Source: Promethearchaeota archaeon (GTDB taxonomy: Archaea > Asgardarchaeota > Lokiarchaeia > Sigyniarchaeales > SOKP01). From it: a stretch of DNA of 64,000 nt. Each line of letters begins with the position of its first letter. Position 1 is the first letter of the stretch. A model generated the notes under the pieces. The model was not told the DNA's origin, did not search any database, and worked only from the letters and a program-made list of their open reading frames with translations. The translations under genes were made by a program, and so were the position numbers. The stretch lies in assembly GCA_019058445.1 (NCBI GenBank), contig JAHPZA010000002.1, positions 1 to 64,000 of the forward strand, read 5' to 3'. Positions 9,609 to 19,226 of this stretch are shown here, piece by piece.

Positions 9609-10637
9609 TTGTTTGCCCACAATTTTAAATTAGAGATAAATAAAATAGAAGATATAGTTCAAATTCAAATAACCGTACCTTGGGCTGTTAAGTATGTGAG
9701 TGTATATCTATTTAAGGTAGATGATTCTTACGTGCTATTTGACGCTGGTTTGGATATGGGTAATTGGCCTAAGCTCTTTTTTTCGGCTCTTAAAGAAATT
9801 GGGGTATCAATAAAGGAAATTGAGTATGTATTTATCTCACATGAGCACACGGACCATACTGGTTTAATGCGAAGGTTTAAACGTTTTAATCCAAACATTC
9901 AAATAATGATGTCAGAGGCGGCTCATGAGACCCTTAAATGGGAAACTAACCCTGATAACTATGATGAATTGGTAGAGGGTGCAAAAAAGATGGTCCAACA
10001 GGTAATTAGTTACGGGATAGATGAAAACCAAGGAAATAGATTAATAGATTGGTTTACGATGTGGCCAAAACTTAGGAAATATCATGAGCCTGACAGACTT
10101 TTACATGATGGGGACGAAATTTCTTTTAAAACCAACAAATTAAAAGTAATTTGGACTCCTGGACATGCGTTAGGGCATATATGTGTTTTTGATCAAAATA
10201 AGAAGTATTTATTTTCAGGGGACCATATCCTCTCGCGAATAACCCCTCACATAGGAAACTTTCTTGTTAACCCGGAGATTGAAGAAAAATATGATTTTGA
10301 GGATATACTAAAACATTATTTAAATTCTTTAAATAGAATTGATGAGTTAAATCCAAAAATAATATTTCCAGCTCATCAGGACATAATATATAATCCTCAT
10401 GAACGAATACAAGAAATAATTGCACATCATGATAGAAGATTAAGAGAAATTTCAAGTGTTATAAAGAATAAACCCTTGACCCCTTATAAAATCTCATTAC
10501 TCCATTTTGGGGATGATTTAGACGAGATGAACTCTTTTTTAGCTCTTAGCGAAGTTATGGGGCATCTGATTTATTTAGAAAAGCAGGATAAAGTAAAAAG
10601 AATTGAGAAAAACAACAAAATATTCTTTGTAAGCTAA
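9609..10637 (+). CDS. Metallo-beta-lactamase-fold hydrolase with C-terminal wHTH (LACTB2-like)
   Basis: SHEHTDHTG (HxHxDH), TPGHALGH, SGDH, PAH. Confidence 0.85.
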   Translation: MFAHNFKLEINKIEDIVQIQITVPWAVKYVSVYLFKVDDSYVLFDAGLDMGNWPKLFFSALKEIGVSIKEIEYVFISHEHTDHTGLMRRFKRFNPNIQIMMSEAAHETLKWETNPDNYDELVEGAKKMVQQVISYGIDENQGNRLIDWFTMWPKLRKYHEPDRLLHDGDEISFKTNKLKVIWTPGHALGHICVFDQNKKYLFSGDHILSRITPHIGNFLVNPEIEEKYDFEDILKHYLNSLNRIDELNPKIIFPAHQDIIYNPHERIQEIIAHHDRRLREISSVIKNKPLTPYKISLLHFGDDLDEMNSFLALSEVMGHLIYLEKQDKVKRIEKNNKIFFVS

Positions 10638-10688
10638 GACCAGTTCAAATTTTGATTTTTTATCTTTAAAATCGAGGAGTACAACGAT

Positions 10689-11165
10689 TTATATCAATTT
10701 TCCTCCATTTTGCGAGAGTGATTTAATCGGTTTTAACACTACACATACTCGCTCAACACTTTTAATATCAGTACGAGCTCGAAATGATTCTATTAAAGCA
10801 TCTAATTCATTTATGTCAGGCACATTAATTTTTACTAACACACCACATTGACCAGCCAGGAAATAAACCTCCTCGCACTGTGGCAGGATCTGAGTTTCTC
10901 TTAACAACTCTTTTATCTCAGATTCAGATTTTGGAATAAGAGTAACAAATGCTAAAATACATCTTTCATCTTCTCTGCAAATCTTAATAGTAAATTTTTC
11001 GATAATGTTATCTTCTTGCAGTTTCACAACACGTTTTCTTACAGTGGATTCAGAAATGGCCAATCCTTCCTCAGCTAATTTTTCGGATATTTCTTTATAT
11101 GACCTTCTTGAATCCTCTATTAACATTTCAAGGATTCGCTTATCCTTCGTATCTAAATTTCTCAT
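10689..11165 (-). CDS. Lrp/AsnC family transcriptional regulator, last gene of the hdr-metVF operon
   Basis: LDTKDKRILEML.EDSRRSYKEI..SESTVRKRVVKL HTH followed by a RAM-like domain. Confidence 0.9.
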   Translation of the reverse strand: MRNLDTKDKRILEMLIEDSRRSYKEISEKLAEEGLAISESTVRKRVVKLQEDNIIEKFTIKICREDERCILAFVTLIPKSESEIKELLRETQILPQCEEVYFLAGQCGVLVKINVPDINELDALIESFRARTDIKSVERVCVVLKPIKSLSQNGGKLI

Positions 11166-11241
11166 TTTTCCTCTTCTTTTCCAATAATTATAAAAATATA
11201 AAAAAAATTTGGTTTGAAATTTTAAAAAAAATAATTCAATA

Positions 11242-12180
11242 TTAATAATCTTTTAGTAGAGGGCCAAATAGCCTTTCATATTCTACTGCCATACAATGAA
11301 TTCCAGCAGCCTTAGTACTTTTCTTTATCTCTTTAATGAAAGGTTCAAAGAACTCAATGTTAATCTTATCTAGCGCTGCATACTTTCCTTTTTTATCTCC
11401 TTTATTATCTTTTTCTGCTTTCTTTAGCGCTTTAAGTAAATCTTTAGGGACTGACACTCCCGGGATATAATTATCAAAGTACCACGCGATTCCATAAGAT
11501 TTCAATGGAAAAATACCTAATAACACAGGCACATTAAACTGTTCAAGGTCTTTCAGAAAATCCTTTGCTTCATCAATATCAAATGCAGTTTGAGTTTGGA
11601 TAAAATCAATACCCTGTTCCACTTTTCGCCCTACTTTCAGGATTTCAGGTTCCCTTGGGTTGCTATTTGGATTTGCAACGCATCCGAAGTTCATTTCGAT
11701 CTTTCCACCTACGATTTCATTTCCCTCATAGTCAGTACCTTTATCTATCATAATTGAAAGCATTTCACAGAATTGGGTGCTATCAATATCGTATACGGGC
11801 CTTCCCCTTTTATGATCTCCTAAAGCAGTATGATCCCCAGTTAATACTAAAATATTTTTCAGTCCTAATACTGCTCCAGCAATCACATCCCCGAAAAGTG
11901 CGACACGATTACGATCTCTCACAGTTACTTGCCATACTGCTTCTAAACCCACTTTTTCTTGTACCATATAGCTGGGTACTAATGAAGACATGTATGCATC
12001 TCCTTGGGGACCGTCTGTAACGTTTGCAGCCACTATTTTTCCCGTTTTCTTCATTTCTTCCGCGCCATGAAGAATTTCACTGAGATCCAGAATTTTTTTA
12101 GGTTCTAATTCCCCAGTAATTACAAATTTACCAGATTCAATTGCTTTACATAAATTACTAAATGCCGGTCTTTTTGCCAT
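11242..12180 (-). CDS. metF: Methylenetetrahydrofolate reductase, MetF subunit (copy 2, Hdr-associated)
   Basis: TGELEP, NVTDGP, VRDRNR, LTGDH, FIQTQ; abuts metV. Confidence 0.9.
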   Translation of the reverse strand: MAKRPAFSNLCKAIESGKFVITGELEPKKILDLSEILHGAEEMKKTGKIVAANVTDGPQGDAYMSSLVPSYMVQEKVGLEAVWQVTVRDRNRVALFGDVIAGAVLGLKNILVLTGDHTALGDHKRGRPVYDIDSTQFCEMLSIMIDKGTDYEGNEIVGGKIEMNFGCVANPNSNPREPEILKVGRKVEQGIDFIQTQTAFDIDEAKDFLKDLEQFNVPVLLGIFPLKSYGIAWYFDNYIPGVSVPKDLLKALKKAEKDNKGDKKGKYAALDKINIEFFEPFIKEIKKSTKAAGIHCMAVEYERLFGPLLKDY

Positions 12181-12879
12181 TTACTCTTTCTCCTCCTCCT
12201 TTTTTTCTTCTTCATTCGTATATTCTTTATAAATTGGTTTATACCCCGGACTGGTGGAACCTCTGAAATCGCGTGGACCACGGTATTTCTTAAAAAGATC
12301 GAGTCTATTGAATTTTTTTAATCTTTTCCAAATCTCCACCCAAGCACATGGTATTGTATATCCACCCACTTCACACATACCATCTACCATACCTCCACAC
12401 GGTCCATTACTTAGATGTTTCGCACAACCAGCACGAGGACATATTCCACCTGTCTCACCTATAATACAATCTCCACATGCTTCACAGTATTCTATGTAAA
12501 AGTTTTCACCACTATTCTGGACCCCTCCAAATTGACTGTTTTGGGCGGGGAATGTCATGATATTATCAAGTACCTTATTCATCATAACAACACCCAGTCC
12601 ACAGGCCAATGTTAAAATTGCTTCATAATCTTCAACATATGGACGGCATGTAGTAGCCGCAATTCGATCATCACATTGTCTTAAAACTGTAATTGCTTTC
12701 CATTGTAATTTCTTTCCTTCGGTGCGTGCTTTTAATTCTAAAAGCTGACCAAGAACTTTTGCTTCATTGAGAGATCTTGGAGGTTGACAGCAACCATCAC
12801 AGCCAGCAATCAAGATTTTGTTATAAGGCTTTATTAATTCATATATTTCGTTTATATCTTTTTGTTCAGTAATTATCAT
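12181..12879 (-). CDS. metV: MetV subunit (copy 2, Hdr-associated)
   Basis: GCDGC, RQCD, CEACGDC, ICPRAGCAKHLSNGPCGG, CEV..PCAW. Confidence 0.9.
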   Translation of the reverse strand: MIITEQKDINEIYELIKPYNKILIAGCDGCCQPPRSLNEAKVLGQLLELKARTEGKKLQWKAITVLRQCDDRIAATTCRPYVEDYEAILTLACGLGVVMMNKVLDNIMTFPAQNSQFGGVQNSGENFYIEYCEACGDCIIGETGGICPRAGCAKHLSNGPCGGMVDGMCEVGGYTIPCAWVEIWKRLKKFNRLDLFKKYRGPRDFRGSTSPGYKPIYKEYTNEEEKKEEEKE

Positions 12880-12962
12880 TTTACATTACTCTTTTCTGTA
12901 ACATATTTTTTCTTAAATTTTATTTTTTTATAGCTAATTTTATGTTAAAAAAATCACATTAA

Positions 12963-13844
12963 TTAGGTTGTTAATTTTTCAATTAACTTATTTGGTTTTA
13001 CACTTCTTTGTTTAAGGCTTAGATCTTCTAATTCAACCCCCAAAGCAATAGCCATGATTTCTGCTAAATAGAGGACAGGTATATCTAATTCTTTACCCTT
13101 TTTTCGGGCAACAATTTTCTCTTTCCTATCAATTTGTGTGGTACACGCAGGACAAACAGCAATAAGGGCATCCACTTCTTCTTCAAGTTCACATAGTTCC
13201 GTCATTTTTTCTTCTACTAGATTTTCACCAATTTCTTCTTGTAATCGCGCGCAATAACCGCAGCATTCTAATTTAGTGGCAAAATCAACCGTTTTGGCAC
13301 CTAGAGCTTCGAGGATTAAATCAATTTTTTCTGGTTTTTCAGGATGGTCAAATTGCATAATCTTACTAGGTCTTATAAGATGGCAACCATAATGAACCGC
13401 AAGATTCAAGTCATCTAACGGTTTTACTGCTAATTCCTTTAATTTATCCAACCACTCTGGTTGACTGAATATTTCAACAAAATGATAGACTTTTGTTTTA
13501 CCCGTGTATTTATAATTAATTTTCTTTAGAATAGCATTAATTTTTTCCAAATATTTTTCATCCTCTTCTAATAAGACACTCACTGTTTTCAACGTTTCAT
13601 AGCAACCAGAACAAATTGTCAATATATCTAAACCCATTTTTTCAGCAATAGCTAAATTTCTTGCGCCTAAAGTCATCCACGTATCAATATTTAGCGATTG
13701 TAAAGAAACAGGTTCAGGACAACAGCTAACTCCATCCATTTCTTTCAATTTCACGTCCAAAATACTTGCTACATCTCTGAAAGCTTTCTCTAGATGAGGT
13801 AACTTTAGAGGTATTGTACAACCTAAGAAAAATGCATACTCCAT
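12963..13844 (-). CDS. hdrB: Heterodisulfide reductase subunit B
   Basis: Two CCG domains: FLGC, SCCP, CSGC, HYGCH, ECCG, CPAC. Confidence 0.9.
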   Translation of the reverse strand: MEYAFFLGCTIPLKLPHLEKAFRDVASILDVKLKEMDGVSCCPEPVSLQSLNIDTWMTLGARNLAIAEKMGLDILTICSGCYETLKTVSVLLEEDEKYLEKINAILKKINYKYTGKTKVYHFVEIFSQPEWLDKLKELAVKPLDDLNLAVHYGCHLIRPSKIMQFDHPEKPEKIDLILEALGAKTVDFATKLECCGYCARLQEEIGENLVEEKMTELCELEEEVDALIAVCPACTTQIDRKEKIVARKKGKELDIPVLYLAEIMAIALGVELEDLSLKQRSVKPNKLIEKLTT

Positions 13845-14377
13845 TATTTATCACCCTCCTTTTTTTTTGCAAGATCACCTAATCCTGTTTCCTCGATAAT
13901 ATATCTAATCTCATCAAGATTCGGTGGAAGAATTTGAGGCAAACCCATTCTATTTCTCCTTCTATCAATATTATCTTTTAATCCACCGGTGTATGGTACC
14001 ACAAATCCATTATCATAGATTGTAACCACCGTTCCCGAGTATTCTTTTGGAATTTTTCCCTCTTTTACAGCCATATTTCGTAAAAGTGCTAATATGAAAG
14101 AATAATCTACATTCTTAGGGCATCTCTCCGTACATCTATGGCATAAGGAACAAGTCCAGATAGCTTGACTGGACAACACTTCCTCCTTTAAACCTAATAG
14201 GCATGAAGCAACCACTCTGTGAGGTTGTAGATCTACATATTCTGTAACCGTGCAACCGGAACTGCATACTCCACATTGAATACATTTTAATAACGATTTA
14301 GCACCTACTTTTTCACTAATCTCATAGCGAAAATTGTGGTCCAATTCTTTAGCATTTTTTTTAAGCATTTCGGTCAT
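13844..14377 (-). CDS. hdrC: Heterodisulfide reductase subunit C
   Basis: CIQCGVCSSGC and WTCSLCHRCTERCP; 1-nt overlap with hdrB. Confidence 0.9.
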   Translation of the reverse strand: MTEMLKKNAKELDHNFRYEISEKVGAKSLLKCIQCGVCSSGCTVTEYVDLQPHRVVASCLLGLKEEVLSSQAIWTCSLCHRCTERCPKNVDYSFILALLRNMAVKEGKIPKEYSGTVVTIYDNGFVVPYTGGLKDNIDRRRNRMGLPQILPPNLDEIRYIIEETGLGDLAKKKEGDK

Positions 14378-14379
14378 TT

Positions 14380-17300
14380 TTAAGCTCCCTCCTTTGCCTT
14401 TTCTTTTTTAGGTTCAATTTTATCACCCGTTTTTGATAAGGGCCCTAATTCTTTTATTTTATTGACAAATTCAGTGACAACCTGAGAAAATCTCTTCCCT
14501 TCACTTGCAGATACCCATTCTAATCGATAGCGTTCAGGATTAATACCTACTTTTTCTAAAATTTCATGTATTTCATTATACCGTCTGAGCATGTCATAAT
14601 TACCCTCTAAATAATGGCAATCACCTATGTGACACCCACCAATAAGCACTCCATCAGCACCCTCTAAAAATGCTTGTAATATAAAGTGTTTTGGTATTCT
14701 TCCAGTACACATTACTCTGATGGGTCTAATATTCGTTGGATATTGGAAACGACTTACTCCGCAAGTATCCGCACCCGCATAACTACACCAATTACATAGG
14801 AAAGCCACAATTCTTGGTCTCTCATCTACAAATTCACCTTGTACTGCCTCATGAATCATAGGATTTATCTGATCGTCTGAAAAGTGACTCATAGTAATTG
14901 CTCCCGCTGGACATGCCGCAGAACAATCACCACAACCCTTACATAAGAGAGGGTTAGACTGAGAGACCAATACTTCATTGTCAAAATTCACACCTATTGC
15001 TCCAAAATTACAAACTTCTTCACATTTCTGACATGCAATACATAAAGCTGGATTAACTACTGAAACCAATGGCTCGTTTTCAACTTCACCAGAAATTAGA
15101 GGAATAAGCGCATGTGCTGCTGCACCACGTCCCTGCGAAATTGAATCAGCAATTCCCTTTGGACTATGGCAGGTTCCCGCTAGATAAATTCCATCGGTTG
15201 CAAAATCAACAGGTCTCAACTTAACATGAGCCTCTAAGAAGAAACCGTTCTGATCTCTAGCACATTTAATCATTTCGCCTAATTTTTGATTATCATTAGG
15301 TATTAAAGGTGTAGAAAGAACCACCTTATCAGCATCAATTATAAGATCAGTTTGCGTTAATATATCTTTGACATTTACCTTTAATTTTCCATTGGCTGTA
15401 TCGACAGTAGGATAATCATTGAATCGTATATAATTTACTTTTTCACGAGCTTTCCAGTAATAAGGTTCCTCATCAGTTCCAACACGTATATCCCGATATA
15501 ACACATAAATATTTGTGTTCGGATAGGTCTCTTTTACATATAATGCGTGTCGGATTGATTCAGAACAACAAATTAATGAACAATAAGTAACTCCATTACC
15601 TCCTTCTGGCTGCCTTGAACCAACACAGTGAATGAAGACAAGGTTTTCCCCATCTTTTAACTCATTATTCTTCAGTTTTTCAGATAACTCCAGTTGAGTT
15701 ATGACATTTGGATTTTCTCCGTAATGATACCATCCCTCAGGTTTATACTCATATGCTCCCGTAGCTGTAATGATAACTCCAACATTCAAATCCAACTCTT
15801 TTTCTTCAGCATTATTCTTTACTTTTACCTTGAAATCTCCAATAGATCCCTTAACATCCTGAACTTCGGAGTTTAAATAGGTTGTGATATTTTTTTGCGC
15901 GTTGAATTCTTTCAATTTTTCATCTAAGAACTCTTTCGAGTCGATCCTATCGAAATTGATTTTGTAAATTAAATTTAACTGCCCACCTAACTTATCATCT
16001 TTCTCAACAAGATGGACTTTAAAACCCTTTCCTGCAATTTCCATCGCAGCGCTTATTCCTGCAACACCTCCTCCTACTACGAGAGCTTCAGGAACCACAT
16101 CACCTTTGATTTTATATTCAGATCTTTGTGCTGTGACACGGGCTACACCCATCCTAATAAGATCTTTTGCTTTATCAGTCGCTTTAGGATTATCATTCAT
16201 GTGAACCCAGGAGTCCAACTCACGAATACTTACGAAATTAAAAAGATATTCATTTAATCCCGCTTCTCGTATTGTTTTTTGGAATAAGGGTTCATGAGTT
16301 CTAGGGGTACATGCCGCAACTACAACTCGGTTTAAATCAAGTTCTTCTATCTTTTCTTTAATAATGTCTTGCGTTAATTGGGAACAACTGTATTTATTTT
16401 CCATTGAATAGACCACATTAGGAAGAGTATTCGCATAGTCAACTAATGCTGGTACGTCCATATATCCGGCTATATTAATCCCACATCGACACACAAATAC
16501 TCCGATACGAGGTTCATCACTTGGTAATACATCTTTCAGCGGTGGAAGTTCTACTTTTTGCTCTTCTTCGCTTAGAGGTACCGCATACGAGGCAGCAAGT
16601 GCTGCAGCTCCGCCAGCTTTAGCTACTGAATTAGCAATATCATCAGGAGATTGACAGCAACCAGTTACTAAAACCCCTTCCCGAGTAGATCTTAGATCTT
16701 CTGAAGAGTTTTTAGTTTTAAAGAAACCAAAATCATTTTGTTCAATTCCCAGTAGTTTCGCTAATTCATTAGCATCTTTACGAGGAGTGACGGCATTTGC
16801 TAACACAACAAGGTCAAATTCACTCACTTCAACATCCCCAGTATCCAGGTTGGCATGCTTAACCAGTAAATTGTGATTATCTGGATTTTCACGTATATCT
16901 CCCGGAATACCATGATAATAATTTAACCCGTATTCATTCTTTGCTCTTTCAATAAATTCATCTTGATTCTTACCAATCACTCTAATATCATTGAAAAAGA
17001 TGGTAACTTTCGTATCCGGGGCATGTTCTCTAGTTACTACACCTTCCTTTGCCATATACATACAACAGAACTTGGAGCAATACGCGCATATATCTTCATT
17101 TCTCGATCCCACACATGCCACAAATGCGATATTATGAGCATGCTCTTGATCTGAAGGCCGTAATAATTCTCCGCCAGTAGGGCCAGACGCACTCAATAAT
17201 CTTTCATACTGCATGGCATTTACCACATTAGGATATTCTCCATAGTGATATCGATCTAATATAGATGAGTCTATTTGATCAAATCCAGTTGCCACTATAA

Positions 17301-17877
17301 TTGAAGCTACGTTATATTCTACAATCTCATCTTTATCTTCCCAATTAATCGCTCCTGCTTCACATTCTTTTTCGCAGAGCTGACAGGCGCCTTTTGTGAG
17401 ATATAGACATTTATCTGCATCAATAACAGCTTTTCTGGGTACAGCCTGGGGAAATGGAATATAAATTGCAGTTCGGTTTCCCATTGCTTCTTCAAACTCA
17501 GAGGGTATTTTCTTCATGGGACATTTTTCACTACAAGATCCACAGCCTGTACAAGCATTCCAATCCACGTATCGAGCTTTTTTAAGAACTTTTACCTTAA
17601 AATCTCCTGCTTTCCCCGAAATATCTTGAACTTCTGAATATGCCAGTAATTCTACATTTGGATGACGACTTACTTCGACCATTTTCGGAGCTAAAATGCA
17701 TATTGAACAATCCAAAGTAGGGAAAGTTTTATCTAACTGTGCCATTCTTCCTCCAACGGATGAGGTTTTTTCTACAAGTATGACTTTGTATCCTTGTTCA
17801 CCAAGTGTCAAAGAAGCTTCGATTCCCGAAATTCCGCCTCCTATAACCATTATCGAACTTAGTTTATTTTCTGTCAT
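14380..17877 (-). CDS. hdrA: Large HdrA (two tandem FAD modules) fused to C-terminal MvhD
   Basis: GGGISG..GGRMAQLDKTFPTLDC, ferredoxin insert, CVGSR..YCSKFCC, then GVFVCRCGINI, GGGVAG, HCVGSR..YCSLICC, EAHVKLRPVD, 2x[4Fe-4S], then MvhD FLCNWCSYAGAD, RVMCTGR, GCHIGDCHY, WVSASEG. Confidence 0.92.
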   Translation of the reverse strand: MTENKLSSIMVIGGGISGIEASLTLGEQGYKVILVEKTSSVGGRMAQLDKTFPTLDCSICILAPKMVEVSRHPNVELLAYSEVQDISGKAGDFKVKVLKKARYVDWNACTGCGSCSEKCPMKKIPSEFEEAMGNRTAIYIPFPQAVPRKAVIDADKCLYLTKGACQLCEKECEAGAINWEDKDEIVEYNVASIIVATGFDQIDSSILDRYHYGEYPNVVNAMQYERLLSASGPTGGELLRPSDQEHAHNIAFVACVGSRNEDICAYCSKFCCMYMAKEGVVTREHAPDTKVTIFFNDIRVIGKNQDEFIERAKNEYGLNYYHGIPGDIRENPDNHNLLVKHANLDTGDVEVSEFDLVVLANAVTPRKDANELAKLLGIEQNDFGFFKTKNSSEDLRSTREGVLVTGCCQSPDDIANSVAKAGGAAALAASYAVPLSEEEQKVELPPLKDVLPSDEPRIGVFVCRCGINIAGYMDVPALVDYANTLPNVVYSMENKYSCSQLTQDIIKEKIEELDLNRVVVAACTPRTHEPLFQKTIREAGLNEYLFNFVSIRELDSWVHMNDNPKATDKAKDLIRMGVARVTAQRSEYKIKGDVVPEALVVGGGVAGISAAMEIAGKGFKVHLVEKDDKLGGQLNLIYKINFDRIDSKEFLDEKLKEFNAQKNITTYLNSEVQDVKGSIGDFKVKVKNNAEEKELDLNVGVIITATGAYEYKPEGWYHYGENPNVITQLELSEKLKNNELKDGENLVFIHCVGSRQPEGGNGVTYCSLICCSESIRHALYVKETYPNTNIYVLYRDIRVGTDEEPYYWKAREKVNYIRFNDYPTVDTANGKLKVNVKDILTQTDLIIDADKVVLSTPLIPNDNQKLGEMIKCARDQNGFFLEAHVKLRPVDFATDGIYLAGTCHSPKGIADSISQGRGAAAHALIPLISGEVENEPLVSVVNPALCIACQKCEEVCNFGAIGVNFDNEVLVSQSNPLLCKGCGDCSAACPAGAITMSHFSDDQINPMIHEAVQGEFVDERPRIVAFLCNWCSYAGADTCGVSRFQYPTNIRPIRVMCTGRIPKHFILQAFLEGADGVLIGGCHIGDCHYLEGNYDMLRRYNEIHEILEKVGINPERYRLEWVSASEGKRFSQVVTEFVNKIKELGPLSKTGDKIEPKKEKAKEGA

Positions 17878-18400
17878 ATTTTTTCAGTTTCATCAATTTT
17901 TTATTAAAATATTATATTTTCAAAAACAATTTACCAAAATTAATAATTAAAAAAAAAGGATATTATTAAATTTGGTAATAACTAGATATTTATTTTTGTA
18001 TTATGCTGTGGAAATATTTAAATATTTTCTATAATTGCATTTTTCAGTCATTAACAACGAGAATTAGTCTTAAAAAGTTACTTTTCGATCAAAAAATCTA
18101 GATAAAAAATCCGTTTTCAGCAATAATTTATATAATTTTTAAATAGACGCTCTAAATAACGTTTTTTTTGAGGTATATGGGTATTTTTATTTTCGATAAA
18201 AATGACTATTTCGTGATTTTTTATAAGATTTTGATTAAGGTAATATCATTAAATCTTTATTAATACAGAATTAAATAATTAAAAGAGCAACGAAGTTTTA
18301 ATAAACCTAAAGATCAATATATTTACAAGAAAAAAAAACATTTCAAAATTTCATTGTTCGAATAAACGTACAATAATGATATATATCCTGGTGATGGTTA

Positions 18401-19084
18401 ATTAAAATAGTTGTGGTTGGCCCTCTTCAGTCTGGAAAATCCAGTTATATCAAGTTCTTAGATGAGAAAGCATTAAATGTGCAAGTTAAAGGACAGAATA
18501 ACAAATTTTATACTGTTGCAATGGATTTAGCTTCATTAAGACTAAATGGTTTTGATGTGTTTTTATTTGGTACTCCTGGTCTTCTTCGATTTAGGGTAAT
18601 GAGAGAATTAATATGCAGTGGGGCAGATGGATTTGTATTTGTATTTGATGCTGCTCATCCTGAAAAAGATGATGATGCAATATCGATTCTAAACAGCGTT
18701 CGTAATTCTATTAAATCGGACATTCCAATTATTTATCTAGCAAATAAACAGGATCTTGAAGGAGCAAGATCTCCAGAAGTAATTAAAGCTCAAAACAATC
18801 TACCTGACGATTGTAAAATTTTTCCCACGAATACGAAGAATGGATTGAATATAAATGAATCAATAAAATATTTGGTTAACGAAATATTTGATAGATATAA
18901 AGAATTACTTCAAACTCTCCAAAAATATGAAAATGATATTCAGGGATTAGCAGAGAAGTTGAATAAAAACAAATCGGAAATGCGAGATTTTTTAAATAAT
19001 CTTGAGTTAAAACGCTTTATCGATATAGATAGGATAAATCGAACTTATGTTGTAAAAAAAGGATTAAAGAAGATAAGCTCTTAG
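18401..19084 (+). CDS. MglA/CvnD-like small GTPase with C-terminal winged-helix-like extension
   Basis: G1 GPLQSGKSS, G2 TVAMD, G3 FGTPG, G4 NKQD; beta-1 strand IKIVVVG starts upstream of the ORF-track GTG (18413), probably at ATT 18401. Confidence 0.8.
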   Translation: MKIVVVGPLQSGKSSYIKFLDEKALNVQVKGQNNKFYTVAMDLASLRLNGFDVFLFGTPGLLRFRVMRELICSGADGFVFVFDAAHPEKDDDAISILNSVRNSIKSDIPIIYLANKQDLEGARSPEVIKAQNNLPDDCKIFPTNTKNGLNINESIKYLVNEIFDRYKELLQTLQKYENDIQGLAEKLNKNKSEMRDFLNNLELKRFIDIDRINRTYVVKKGLKKISS

Positions 19085-19226
19085 ATTTTTATCTTTTAAA
19101 TTTTAACTGAATCTTTCCATTTAAAATACCAATAACAAATTTATTTTTGCAAAGAACTAATTATATATTTAAGACTTTAACACTATAATAGATATAAGCA
19201 TATAGCTCGTGAAATAGTGTTTAAGT

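Noticed and set aside
14380-17877. Possible selenocysteine recoding in HdrA/MvhD, or MsrB elsewhere in the window
   Set aside because: No in-frame TGA; all relevant positions are Cys and no AUGA..GA SECIS was seen downstream
17878-18400. Long AT-rich gap as a possible replication origin
   Set aside because: No ORB-like G-string repeats and no cdc6/orc1 nearby; consistent with a divergent promoter region
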